A DNA stretch of 64,000 nucleotides. It comes from an uncultured Bacteroidales bacterium (GTDB lineage Bacteria; Bacteroidota; Bacteroidia; Bacteroidales; Paludibacteraceae). Below, in pieces: positions 1 through 11,231 of this stretch (positions are counted from its first letter, which is position 1; every line of letters begins with the position of its first letter). A program made the translations under genes and the position numbers. The DNA is taken from positions 5,968-69,967 of the forward strand of contig CADAZU010000007.1 in assembly GCA_902792535.1 (NCBI GenBank), given 5' to 3'. Under the pieces are notes generated by a model. It was not told the DNA's origin, ran no database searches, and saw only the letters and a list, made by a program, of their open reading frames with translations.

Positions 1-1928
<1,928 letters not shown>

Positions 1929-1935
1929 TCAAATA

Positions 1936-3735
1936 TCAATACTCAATTACTATCATGGTCCAATAGCGGAGTGCAGGAAGGGTCAATGTGACTTGTCCTC
2001 CAGCATACTCGAAATCGACCTCCTGCGCATCTCCATGCCGATCATCGGGGGTAGCGACCCATATACGCGCGGGCTGTTTATCGGTCGCAAAGGAGATGGG
2101 TATATTCCTCAGCAAACTTTGCGGCGCTTGGTCTCCGTCGGAGTCGCACCAGTCGAGATGAGTGGCATTGCGGTAAGAGAGCAGGTGAATGACGTCGCGT
2201 GCGCCGACATGACGGCCCACCGTAGCGATCTGATTGAGTTGGGGTCCCCATTGGTTGAAGACGCAACTGTCGTGCGGACTGGTGATATCCACGCCGTACC
2301 AATCGCTGTTGAGAGCATCCGCCGGCACCTCCGGTCGCAGCAGGTTCTCGTATGCCACCGCGAAATCATAATAGCGGACCAGTGCCCGTTTGAGTTCGCC
2401 GGTCATCGTCAGGTTATCATCCGGGAAATACTCATGGCAGAGCATGTGTTCACCCATCTGCAGGATTGTTCCGCCCCAAGCCGAAGCAGCTGCCGTAGCC
2501 ATCAGGATGCCGGGAGTATTGAAATAGCCGCGTCCCTTCTGGCCGTGGTTATAGTTGAGATAGGCAGCCAGCACCGTCTGTTTGCCGGAAGACCAAGCGG
2601 CGTTGTTGGTGATGATATCCGAGAAGATCGAATAGCCGTTTGTGTTCGAGTGCTCCCATACCTCCGTATAGCAAAAATCGACGGGAGCGGAAGCTATCTG
2701 TCCCTGCTGGCCATACTGTCCGACGGCGTTCATGACAATCCGTTTGGACGGTTGCGCGGCTTTCTCGTTGGCGATAAAAGAGCCGAAAGCGGCTTGTACA
2801 TCGACCTCATTGCCCTCGTAATCATAGACGGTCGTCGGGCGGGCGCCGAGCTGGTCTATCTGCCAGCCGTCGAAATCAAAGATAGCATAGACCTCATCGT
2901 TCCGGGCACGGAGATAGTCGCGCCAGGAAGGGTTATGCATGTTCGCCAGATAGATCGCGCTCTTAAAAGGCGAACCCAAGGGATGGTTGTCTATCTTCGT
3001 ATGGTTACGGTCGGTATAAAGCAGCCACTCGCGGCTCACGTCGTCCGAGGCAAAGTCCTCCAGACATCCGTACCCCAAGTTATAGAAAAGGGTCAGCATC
3101 CCGCGTTTATGGGCGCCGTCGATATAGGATTGCACCGTGGAACGATAGCAATTACGGGAAATGATATCCGTCCAGCTGTCCATCGGTTGCGTAGCCGATC
3201 CCGCCAGCGGGTGATGGTGTTTCCAGTGCCAGTCCTGGAACTGCACATAGTTGATATGATATCTGTTGAGGTCGTCCAGGACGGTCTTGATCTCGCTCTC
3301 GGACATGCTGCCGTAGGACGAGAGGAAACCGTTACGGGGGAAGCGGCTCGGCTCGGACGACACATCAATACCGATAGTGGCTACCACAGAGTCGCGCCCG
3401 GATACGGACATATAGAGCGTAGCCATATAGCCGCGGAAATCGTCTGCCGGAGGTTGCCATGTCCAGGACTTGGCGGTCACGGGCTCCTCCTTGATCAGTT
3501 GTCCGAGATAGGAATAACGCACGGTTACCGCCTCCTCGGGTAGCGAATTGATGGACAGCATGACCGCCTCTCCCGGTTTATAAGCCGCCTTGTCGGAAGA
3601 TAGGAGATAGGGGATATAACTCTCGCCGTAGGTGACCGGGTCATTCTGAGGCGCAATCGTGTTGCAGGAGTATAGGAAAAGGGACAAAGTGACAATGTAC
3701 AATGTACAAAGGATATTTCGGATAATCTGTTTCAT
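1936..3735 (-). CDS. GH66-like dextranase / cycloisomaltooligosaccharide glucanotransferase family lipoprotein
   Basis: 599-aa ORF with lipobox ...SLFLYSC. Segments NYVQFQDWHWKHHHP and FDFDGWQIDQLG match my memory of GH66 catalytic barrels. It lies between GH97 and a SusE/F-like gene, as in the Bacteroides thetaiotaomicron dextran PUL. The family call is from memory only. Confidence 0.7.
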   Translation of the reverse strand: MKQIIRNILCTLYIVTLSLFLYSCNTIAPQNDPVTYGESYIPYLLSSDKAAYKPGEAVMLSINSLPEEAVTVRYSYLGQLIKEEPVTAKSWTWQPPADDFRGYMATLYMSVSGRDSVVATIGIDVSSEPSRFPRNGFLSSYGSMSESEIKTVLDDLNRYHINYVQFQDWHWKHHHPLAGSATQPMDSWTDIISRNCYRSTVQSYIDGAHKRGMLTLFYNLGYGCLEDFASDDVSREWLLYTDRNHTKIDNHPLGSPFKSAIYLANMHNPSWRDYLRARNDEVYAIFDFDGWQIDQLGARPTTVYDYEGNEVDVQAAFGSFIANEKAAQPSKRIVMNAVGQYGQQGQIASAPVDFCYTEVWEHSNTNGYSIFSDIITNNAAWSSGKQTVLAAYLNYNHGQKGRGYFNTPGILMATAAASAWGGTILQMGEHMLCHEYFPDDNLTMTGELKRALVRYYDFAVAYENLLRPEVPADALNSDWYGVDITSPHDSCVFNQWGPQLNQIATVGRHVGARDVIHLLSYRNATHLDWCDSDGDQAPQSLLRNIPISFATDKQPARIWVATPDDRHGDAQEVDFEYAGGQVTLTLPALRYWTMIVIEY

Positions 3736-4847
3736 AGCCGTACAAAGGAAATCGTTGTGTCATTGATATTAATTCGTATGGACCATTCTCCGCTTTCCGG
3801 GATGAGCCATTTGTTATCGGGGTCTCCGGCATGCGCGTCAAAGGTACCGTTTTCCGCAGGAGCACAGTCCGGCTCAGGCGCATAGAGCATCTCGCCCGAC
3901 CAATCGGAGCGGATCTCCGTAGGGAACTTGATCTGCCCCGTATTCAGATGCCCCTCATAGGTAAAGATACCTGTTTCGGGGTGCTTCATCTCCGTCAGGT
4001 TGTCCCAGCTCCAGCCTCCGGGTGCAGCGTCTCCGATCATATAGATGTGGCTGTAGGCTTCGCCACCGAGATAGGCGATCTCTATGGTCAGCGCCTCTAC
4101 ATCGGCGGTGATGCGGTAGGAGCCAGTCTTGGCGATAGTCCATTTGAAGTCGGGATAGCGTTCCTCGGAGTCGCGATAGACCATCTTGCTGTCGTCCGTC
4201 GAATCCTTGACGAAACAAGGTATCCAGTCCTCCGTAGTGCTCATGAGTTTGAACTCGCCTTTGTGCATCGTTCCGCTCCAGGAGAAGGAGGTGAAAGAGG
4301 TCATGTCCATGATCATCGCTGTGGCGCGGTTGAGATCCCATCCATGCGGAGTAGCATCTCCGACGAGGTATAGATCGGTCATCATCGTGGCATTCCAAGC
4401 AATAGCTACCTTAGCGATAGGCGATACTTGTTCTTCACCGGTCTGCACCACTTGCGCCCGGACACGGCAGTCGAACACCACGTACTCGCCCTCTTCTGTC
4501 TCCGGATAGAGGAGATAAAGCGTATCGGCTAACTGCCGGTGGCTGAATACCATCGTTCTATTGGCGGTTCGCCCGATCTCCCATTTCAGACCGTCTGCGA
4601 AATTATTACCCTCTCTGTCCATCTCCACCGTATAAGCGATGGCAGAGCCTGTACCATGATTGGTACCGGGAGTCCAGGACATCTCCAACGCCGCCAGATC
4701 CTTATACACCGGCAGACAGAAAACAGAGTCTGCTGACAGCGTGAGCGCCAGTTCTTTCTCCACTACCGGCTCTGCCGGTTTCTCGCAGGAAGAGAGGAGA
4801 AGGGACAAAGTGACCAAGTACAAAGTACTAAGAAGTATGTTTTTCAT
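3732..4847 (-). CDS. SusE/SusF-like outer-membrane glycan-binding lipoprotein
   Basis: 371 aa with lipobox ...LLLSSC, directly downstream of SusD. Two internal modules begin LYLVGDATPHGWD and IYMIGDAAPGGWSW, typical of SusE/SusF-type repeats. Overlaps the next gene by 4 nt. Confidence 0.75.
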   Translation of the reverse strand: MKNILLSTLYLVTLSLLLSSCEKPAEPVVEKELALTLSADSVFCLPVYKDLAALEMSWTPGTNHGTGSAIAYTVEMDREGNNFADGLKWEIGRTANRTMVFSHRQLADTLYLLYPETEEGEYVVFDCRVRAQVVQTGEEQVSPIAKVAIAWNATMMTDLYLVGDATPHGWDLNRATAMIMDMTSFTSFSWSGTMHKGEFKLMSTTEDWIPCFVKDSTDDSKMVYRDSEERYPDFKWTIAKTGSYRITADVEALTIEIAYLGGEAYSHIYMIGDAAPGGWSWDNLTEMKHPETGIFTYEGHLNTGQIKFPTEIRSDWSGEMLYAPEPDCAPAENGTFDAHAGDPDNKWLIPESGEWSIRININDTTISFVRL

Positions 4848-4848
4848 A

Positions 4849-6345
4849 TTACCAACCGGGGTTTTGAGTTAACAGATTATTGGCTTCTCGCTCCTGCATG
4901 GGGATCGGGAAAAGCAGATGTTTCGTTGTCGCAGCCGTCTTGCCGATGGAATGCAGGAAAGTGAGCGCGTAGTTATCGGGATATCGCAGCATGTCAAACC
5001 AGCGGTGTCCCTCAAAGGCGAGTTCCACCCGGCGCTCATGGATGATCTTCTCCCGCATCTGTACTTGCGAGAGTCCCTCAATCTGCGCGCGGCTGGTCAG
5101 TCCGGCACGCTTGCGCACCTGGTAGAGCGGTTCCTCCGCTTCCGTGGTACGCCCCAACTCATTGAGCGCTTCGGCTTTCATTAGAAGCACATCGGCATAC
5201 CGGGTAACGATCCAGTTCTGGTTGGAGGTATTGTAGTCCGGCGACTGCGCCTTGGTCAAGAGGAACTTACGGACATTATACCCCGTAGTGGACCATGTGC
5301 CGGAATAGGTATAACCGTCGAAAGTAGGACAACCGGTATAAAAGATGGTGATGTCCTTCCGCAGGTCTCCGGGTTCGTACTGGCTGACAAACTCCTGTGT
5401 AGGCTGGTTCCATCCATAGCACCCGGCTGCCATACCTGAGTTACGCGGTCCTTGATAGGTACTGATCCAAGAGGCCTGATTCTCGTTTGACCAGAAATCC
5501 TTGTTCGTCTTACCGTAATACTGCACCTCAAAGATTGATTCCACGCCGTTCTGACGGGCCGGGTTGTAATTATCGGCATAGTTTGGCGCCAGCTGATACC
5601 CCATATCGCCAATCTCCGTACAGAGCCGTACCACTTCGCTGTAGTTAGCAGGACCGGGGTTGTAGGTCAGATATACCCGTGCCAGCTCCGCCATAGCCGC
5701 CTCTTTCGTGGCTCTGCCGATATCCTTGCTGCCGTACTTGCTGCGCGTAGGCAGAAGCGCTATCGCTTGTTTGAGATCCTCAATGATGAGAGAATAAACA
5801 TCGTCTATAGAAGCTCTCGGCATTTTCAGTTCGCTATCCGCAGTGAGAGGCTCGGTGGGCATCGGCACGCCGCCAAACAGACGCACTAATATAAAATAGT
5901 AATGCGCGCGCAAGAAACGAGCTTCGCCTAGAAGGCGTGCCTTCAGGTCATTGTCGATGTCCATTTGCGGCACATTAGCCAGCACAAAGTTACACCTCAG
6001 GATACCAGGAGAAGGCCCTCTCCAAAGGTCCAAGGCGGCAAAATTGTCGGAACTGGCTATAAAATTAGCCATCTCCACGGTCTCGAGCCCATCGGTTCCG
6101 CCGCCGGCTCCTACTTCACTCTCGCCGGCGATGATATCCAGCGTCCAGATACGCATGTTGTACAGTTTAGGCCACTGGAGTGGCTGATAACAGGCGTTCA
6201 CGGCAGCAATGGCATCGGCTTCGGTCAGGAATCCGTTAGTAGTATCCACAGAGTCCCATGGTTTACGGTCGAGGAAATTGCAAGCCGAAGTACAAAGGGA
6301 CAAAGTACAAAGTACAATATATCTGTATAGTCGTTTTGTTTTCAT
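4849..6345 (-). CDS. RagB/SusD family nutrient-uptake outer-membrane lipoprotein
   Basis: 498 aa with lipobox ...LCTSAC. SusD-like length and helical composition, C-terminal ...LLTQNPGW. Located 4 nt downstream of the SusC-like gene. Confidence 0.93.
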   Translation of the reverse strand: MKTKRLYRYIVLCTLSLCTSACNFLDRKPWDSVDTTNGFLTEADAIAAVNACYQPLQWPKLYNMRIWTLDIIAGESEVGAGGGTDGLETVEMANFIASSDNFAALDLWRGPSPGILRCNFVLANVPQMDIDNDLKARLLGEARFLRAHYYFILVRLFGGVPMPTEPLTADSELKMPRASIDDVYSLIIEDLKQAIALLPTRSKYGSKDIGRATKEAAMAELARVYLTYNPGPANYSEVVRLCTEIGDMGYQLAPNYADNYNPARQNGVESIFEVQYYGKTNKDFWSNENQASWISTYQGPRNSGMAAGCYGWNQPTQEFVSQYEPGDLRKDITIFYTGCPTFDGYTYSGTWSTTGYNVRKFLLTKAQSPDYNTSNQNWIVTRYADVLLMKAEALNELGRTTEAEEPLYQVRKRAGLTSRAQIEGLSQVQMREKIIHERRVELAFEGHRWFDMLRYPDNYALTFLHSIGKTAATTKHLLFPIPMQEREANNLLTQNPGW

Positions 6346-6349
6346 AGCA

Positions 6350-9325
6350 TTAGAACATTATGTTAAGTCCGAAAGTAAAATTACGCGTGATAGGATAGAC
6401 GTTGCTATCAATGCCAGATCCGCCTACCTCCGGATCGAGGCCTGTGTAGCGGGTTAAGGTATAGAGGTTCTGGGCGGAGAAAGAGAACCGCACTTCTTCC
6501 ATCAGGGCTTTCTTGGTCAAGTGTTTTGGCAAGGTATAACCTATCGTGATATTTTTAAGACGCAGGTAGTCTCCCGACTCCAAGAAGCGGTCGGAGGTAC
6601 GGTTGTTCTTATTGGGATCCGAGAAGACCGCACGCGGCATGGTGGTGGAGTGATAATCAGGACGCCAGCGGTCGAGCACGGTGATCATCTGGTTCTGGGC
6701 GACCGACATGGCTTCAAGTGTCGCTCGGTTTCCGTTATAAATCTTGTTTCCTGCTGCGCCCTGGAGGTAGATCTCTATATCTACGCCGTAAAACTCAAAC
6801 CGGTTGTTCATAGAGAAAGTCCAAGAGGGACTCGGTGTACCGAGAATCGTACGGTCTTCCTCATTGATGACGCCATCGTTATTGAGATCCTTGAAACGGA
6901 TGTCACCGGGTTGGGTAGAGGTATAAGTGTCCGAACCGATTGTCTGGACTGCATGGGCGTCTATCTCTTCCTGGGTCTGGAAGATACCGTCCGTCACATA
7001 GCCGTAGAACGCCGCTACGGGGTATCCTACCTTATGGATATTGCAGTCGAAATACATCGGCACATCGTCGTTGAGGGAGAGGATACGGTTGTGGTTGTAT
7101 GCCACATTGACGGTGGTGGTCCAGGTGAAATTGGTCTTTTTGATATTCATGCTATTGAGGCTGAGTTCGACACCCATGTTTCTCATTCTTCCGGCATTGA
7201 TGCTCGGTACCGCTTCGTCCGAATAACCGCTGCTGATAGGCACTGACATCGGCACCAGCATATCGTTGGTATTCTTGATATATCCGTCGATGGTGGCATG
7301 GAGTCGTTGATTCAAGAGAGCCAGATCGATACCGACGTTGTACTGCTCCACGGTCTCCCAACGCACATTGGGGTTGGGCAAGACCCACGGAGCGAGCCCG
7401 GCTACCTGGGTTCCGCCAAAGAGATACTGCACCGTCTGGAGCTGGGATGCATAGGCATAGTTACCTACGGAGGCCTGGTTACCGGTCAAACCATAGCCGG
7501 CGCGGAGTTTGAGATCCGAAAGAGCGAAGGTCTTCTCAAACCAATGCTCCTCGCTCATACGCCATGCGATTGCTACGGAGGGGAAATAGCCCCATCTGTT
7601 TTTCTTGGCAAACCGGCTAGAACCATCGGCGCGGAAGGTAGCGGTAAGGAGATAGCGGTTGTCGTAGCCGTAGGTGACACGCCCCATGAAAGAGAGCAAA
7701 GCCCAGTCGGATTTATTGCCGCTCATGGTCGGTTCCAAGAGCCCGTTACTGAGCTGGCGCGCTTCTGCGGAGATAAATCCCTGTACCGCACCGCTCATAT
7801 ACTCGTAGTTATTCGCCTGCATGGATGAACCGATCATGGCTGAGAAGGAGTGCTTTTCTTTAAAGGTCTTGATGAACGTCAGGGTGTTATCCCAAAGCCA
7901 CGTGACGGATTTGTCAAACTGGCGGGTTACCTGACTCTCCGGTTGCGCGATCGGTTTCCAATCGTAAGCAGGCGACCAGCCCTCCGAGTCCCAGTACATG
8001 ACCTGCATACCGAAGGTGGTTTTGAAAATGAGCCAGTCAAGCGGCTTGATTTCGGCATAGATATTCCCCAGCAGGTTGTAGCCTTTGGTAGTGCTGGTGT
8101 TCTCATTCATTTTGCCTATCGGGTTGGTGATATCGCCTACGTACATCGCCAGCCCTACGGGTCCCGCCCATGTGCCGTCGGGGTTGTAGATAGCCTGGGT
8201 AGGCAGGGCGCGCATCGTATTCTGGAGGTTATACTCGCCGGACGATTTGATATCATGATTAAGGCTCAGTTTATGGCCGAACCGCAGCCATTTGAAGAGC
8301 TGGGTGTCGTGGTTGAACTGAAGGGTGATACGTTTATAATCCGTTGTTTTGACGATACCGCGCTGATCGTAATAAGCCCCGGAGACATAGAAATTGGATT
8401 TCTGGGTGCCGCCCGAATAACTGAGGGAGTAGTTCTGGGTCGGTGCGAACTGCCATATTTGCGACATCCAGTCGGTGCCTACACCCAATGCGGTAGGGTC
8501 TGCATATGCGGTGTATTGGGGTTGGCCGGCAGCCGCCATCATTTCATTATGAAGCGATGCGAACTGGGAGGCGTTGAGCAAAGGAAGCGTGCGCTGAATC
8601 TGATCAAAGCCGAACGAGCCTTTGAGGGCGATATGCCCTTTCTCGTTCTCGCCTTTCTTGGTTGTGATAATCACTACTCCGTACGCGCCGCGCGAACCAT
8701 ATATAGCAGTAGCGGAAGCATCCTTGAGCACATCAATACTCGCCACGTCATCCATATTGATCATGTTCAGCGGCACGTCAGTAGGCACTCCGTCAATGAC
8801 AATCAGCGGCTGGGAGTTATTGATACTGCCGATACCACGGATATTCAGGCTCACATTGCTACCCGGAGCACCGGAACCGGTAACCTGTAGTCCGGCAGCG
8901 CGTCCCTCCAGCGCTGCACCTAAAGAGGGCGCAGGCATCTTCTGGAGATCCTTGTCATTCACTTGGGCGATGGAACCCGTCAGATCGCTTTTTTTCTGAA
9001 CTCCGTAACCTACTACGACGACTTCTTCCAATACCTCGGTGTCTTCCTTTAGCACTACTTTCATGTCAGCAGAAGCGGCCAGAGTCTGGGAGGCATAGCC
9101 TACATAACTGATTTCCAGCATGGCTCCTTCCGGCACCTGCAGGCTGAAATTACCGTCGAAATCAGTGATTGTTCCGTTGGAAGTGCCTTGCTGCAAGATA
9201 GTAGCGCCGATTACCGGCTCGCCCGACACATCGGTTACTGTACCGTTGATAGCGGTCTGTGCAATACAGGAGAGAGGGAATAGCATCCCGATCAACCAAA
9301 CACAAATGCGCGTGTACGATTTCAT
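6350..9325 (-). CDS. SusC/RagA family TonB-linked outer-membrane transporter
   Basis: 991 aa. N-terminal carboxypeptidase-regulatory-like segment (INGTVTDVSGEPVIGATI), plug region (VVVGYGVQKKSDLTGS...IRGIGSINNSQPLIVIDGVP), and a barrel ending ...FTFGLNIMF. Confidence 0.95.
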   Translation of the reverse strand: MKSYTRICVWLIGMLFPLSCIAQTAINGTVTDVSGEPVIGATILQQGTSNGTITDFDGNFSLQVPEGAMLEISYVGYASQTLAASADMKVVLKEDTEVLEEVVVVGYGVQKKSDLTGSIAQVNDKDLQKMPAPSLGAALEGRAAGLQVTGSGAPGSNVSLNIRGIGSINNSQPLIVIDGVPTDVPLNMINMDDVASIDVLKDASATAIYGSRGAYGVVIITTKKGENEKGHIALKGSFGFDQIQRTLPLLNASQFASLHNEMMAAAGQPQYTAYADPTALGVGTDWMSQIWQFAPTQNYSLSYSGGTQKSNFYVSGAYYDQRGIVKTTDYKRITLQFNHDTQLFKWLRFGHKLSLNHDIKSSGEYNLQNTMRALPTQAIYNPDGTWAGPVGLAMYVGDITNPIGKMNENTSTTKGYNLLGNIYAEIKPLDWLIFKTTFGMQVMYWDSEGWSPAYDWKPIAQPESQVTRQFDKSVTWLWDNTLTFIKTFKEKHSFSAMIGSSMQANNYEYMSGAVQGFISAEARQLSNGLLEPTMSGNKSDWALLSFMGRVTYGYDNRYLLTATFRADGSSRFAKKNRWGYFPSVAIAWRMSEEHWFEKTFALSDLKLRAGYGLTGNQASVGNYAYASQLQTVQYLFGGTQVAGLAPWVLPNPNVRWETVEQYNVGIDLALLNQRLHATIDGYIKNTNDMLVPMSVPISSGYSDEAVPSINAGRMRNMGVELSLNSMNIKKTNFTWTTTVNVAYNHNRILSLNDDVPMYFDCNIHKVGYPVAAFYGYVTDGIFQTQEEIDAHAVQTIGSDTYTSTQPGDIRFKDLNNDGVINEEDRTILGTPSPSWTFSMNNRFEFYGVDIEIYLQGAAGNKIYNGNRATLEAMSVAQNQMITVLDRWRPDYHSTTMPRAVFSDPNKNNRTSDRFLESGDYLRLKNITIGYTLPKHLTKKALMEEVRFSFSAQNLYTLTRYTGLDPEVGGSGIDSNVYPITRNFTFGLNIMF

Positions 9326-9371
9326 AGTAAAATTAAAAAGGTTAATACTCAGTTTTTTAACTTTTGCACCG

Positions 9372-9379
9372 CAAAGGTA
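9372..9379 (-). promoter_or_regulatory. Candidate -7 box (TAccTTTG) upstream of the SusC-like gene
   Basis: Reverse complement of caaaggta. Lies 47 nt upstream of the ATG at 9325. I saw no good -33 TTTG. A second TAatTTTG lies at 9473..9480. Confidence 0.4.
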
Positions 9380-9512
9380 CTACAATTCACGCAAACACGC
9401 AATATGCGCATGTCAAAAAGTAGTGTATAGTAGCACAAAGAAAAATGCAAATCGCTTATTTTCAACGTTTTGCAAAATTAGTGATAGTCATAAAAAGTAG
9501 TGCGAATAACGG

Positions 9513-11057
9513 TCACAATGTTGCTATTTTCTCCTCAAAGTCTTCCCTTTCCCCGTTATAGAGGTTGCGCATCCGGGTGCGACTATTATAGATGGTGGAG
9601 AGAGAATAGCGCAGAAAACCGGCAATCTGCTTGCTATCCGTAATTCCCAGACGGATAAGGGCTAAGACACGCAAATCGGTATTCAGACGCTCGCCATCCT
9701 TGATACGTATCTCCGCCTCAGGAACTAACAAAGCTTGCACATCCGAGACGAAATCCGGGAATAACTCCAGGAAAGCTTCATCGAAATCGTGATAGAATGA
9801 GGCTAACTGCTCCTGGGTGAACCGCTGCGAGTTGAGTGCGGCGGTAATTTTGTCATATTTGCGGTCATGAGCCAGTATCTTCAACTCTTTGCGCCATGCG
9901 TCAAAACGGTCTATCAGCAGCGAGCTCATCTCCATATACCGACCGACATAGATAGTAGAACGCGCGCTCAGTTCGGCTAACCGACGGCGTTGCTGGATGA
10001 TATAACTCATCAACGCAATCAGTAACAAGACTATCAACAATATACTCGCCAGTAAAGCTATGAGCGTCATCTGGCGTCGTGTCACCTGACGGCGGTACGC
10101 TTCCACTACGATCGGATAGGTCTCTCCTACTTCAATGGATCGTACTCGCGCGCTACCCTCGAAAGCGTCTTGAACGGCGCACTCCATATACTTGAACGCA
10201 CGGTCTATGTCTCCTTCGTTATTCAGCAAGACCGCCAATTCCCGCAGCGAGATATACTCTCTCACAGCCCCTCGCAGGTCGGCAAGAGATGAGACGGTCA
10301 GATAATACTTCTCCTTTTGTGTATCTCCCAAGGCACGGTATATCTGCGCACGGGTGACGGCAAAAACAGCTTCTTCGCCCTGCTCCTCCAAGCGGTGAGC
10401 CCGCTCATAGGCTTCCATCACATGCAGTGCACTATCATACAGATGCTCCTCATAGAGATAATCAGCCCGCACCAACTCATGCAGGAATGAGCCTGCCGGA
10501 TGAATATGCATCATGGAGTCGCGGTATTGCTGGGTTAATCGGGAATATATATCCCGCTCACGAGGTGACACCGCAAAATCCCGCATCGATCCGTAGAGCG
10601 TTCGCCGCAGGTGATAATAATATGGATATAGCACCCCATTGAGAGGATCTGACAACGCCGAGTCCATGTACTCCAATGACTCATGGTACATACCATTGCG
10701 CATCATAACCTCCGAATAATTGAGGAGCGATACCTGTTTCTCAAAAGGAGTGGAGGCGATACGCAGCCGTTCCTCCGTATAATAGAGCTGGCTGTCCAGA
10801 TCATATGACCTGTATTCCTCTACCAACCTGCCGCACTCTTCAAAATAAGCGCTGTCATTCCAGCTAACGGCTAACCTGCCACGCAGCGAATCAATTCTAT
10901 GTTCGCGGACAGACTGGTATTGCGAGTGGATGTTGATACACTCATCCAGCTCACGCAGCAACTGGTTTTCCACATCGTTTTTTGAGGTACATGAATAAAA
11001 CATGCACAGACATAAACTGATGCAGAAAGATCGGAATATAAATGATGTTTGTCTCAT
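9513..11057 (-). CDS. SusR-like membrane-spanning PUL regulator (periplasmic helical/TPR-like domain, one TM, C-terminal HTH)
   Basis: TM segment LIALLASILLIVLLLIALMSYII. The C-terminus ...NTDLRVLALIRLGITDSKQIAGFLRYSLSTIYNSRTRMRN matches my memory of the SusR C-terminal HTH. The start is moved from 11111 to the ATG at 11057 (MRQTSFIF...). The promoter -7 box at 11081..11088 lies inside the longer ORF. Confidence 0.7.
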   Translation of the reverse strand: MRQTSFIFRSFCISLCLCMFYSCTSKNDVENQLLRELDECINIHSQYQSVREHRIDSLRGRLAVSWNDSAYFEECGRLVEEYRSYDLDSQLYYTEERLRIASTPFEKQVSLLNYSEVMMRNGMYHESLEYMDSALSDPLNGVLYPYYYHLRRTLYGSMRDFAVSPRERDIYSRLTQQYRDSMMHIHPAGSFLHELVRADYLYEEHLYDSALHVMEAYERAHRLEEQGEEAVFAVTRAQIYRALGDTQKEKYYLTVSSLADLRGAVREYISLRELAVLLNNEGDIDRAFKYMECAVQDAFEGSARVRSIEVGETYPIVVEAYRRQVTRRQMTLIALLASILLIVLLLIALMSYIIQQRRRLAELSARSTIYVGRYMEMSSLLIDRFDAWRKELKILAHDRKYDKITAALNSQRFTQEQLASFYHDFDEAFLELFPDFVSDVQALLVPEAEIRIKDGERLNTDLRVLALIRLGITDSKQIAGFLRYSLSTIYNSRTRMRNLYNGEREDFEEKIATL

Positions 11058-11080
11058 TGAAGTCCAAATTAACCACGCTG

Positions 11081-11112
11081 CAAAAGTACTGCTTTTTTCG
11101 GACATATGCAAG
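11081..11112 (-). promoter_or_regulatory. Bacteroidetes-type promoter (cTTG-N20-TActTTTG) for the SusR-like gene
   Basis: The -7 box is the reverse complement of 11081..11088. The -33-like TTG is at 11109..11112, with 20-nt spacing. Confidence 0.55.
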
Positions 11113-11150
11113 AAAAAGGTGGATTTTTAATGAAAAAAGAACGCGCGCGC

Positions 11151-11181
11151 TTGCGTATTTCGAAAAAAAGCAGTATCTTTG
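11151..11181 (+). promoter_or_regulatory. Bacteroidetes-type promoter (TTGc-N19-TAtcTTTG) for the lipid kinase/dut block
   Basis: TAtcTTTG at 11174..11181 and TTGC at 11151..11154. Divergent from the SusR-like promoter. Confidence 0.55.
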
Positions 11182-11231
11182 CAGCCGGTTTTCGAATTGA
11201 GAATTGAGAATGGAGAATTAAGTTAAGACAC

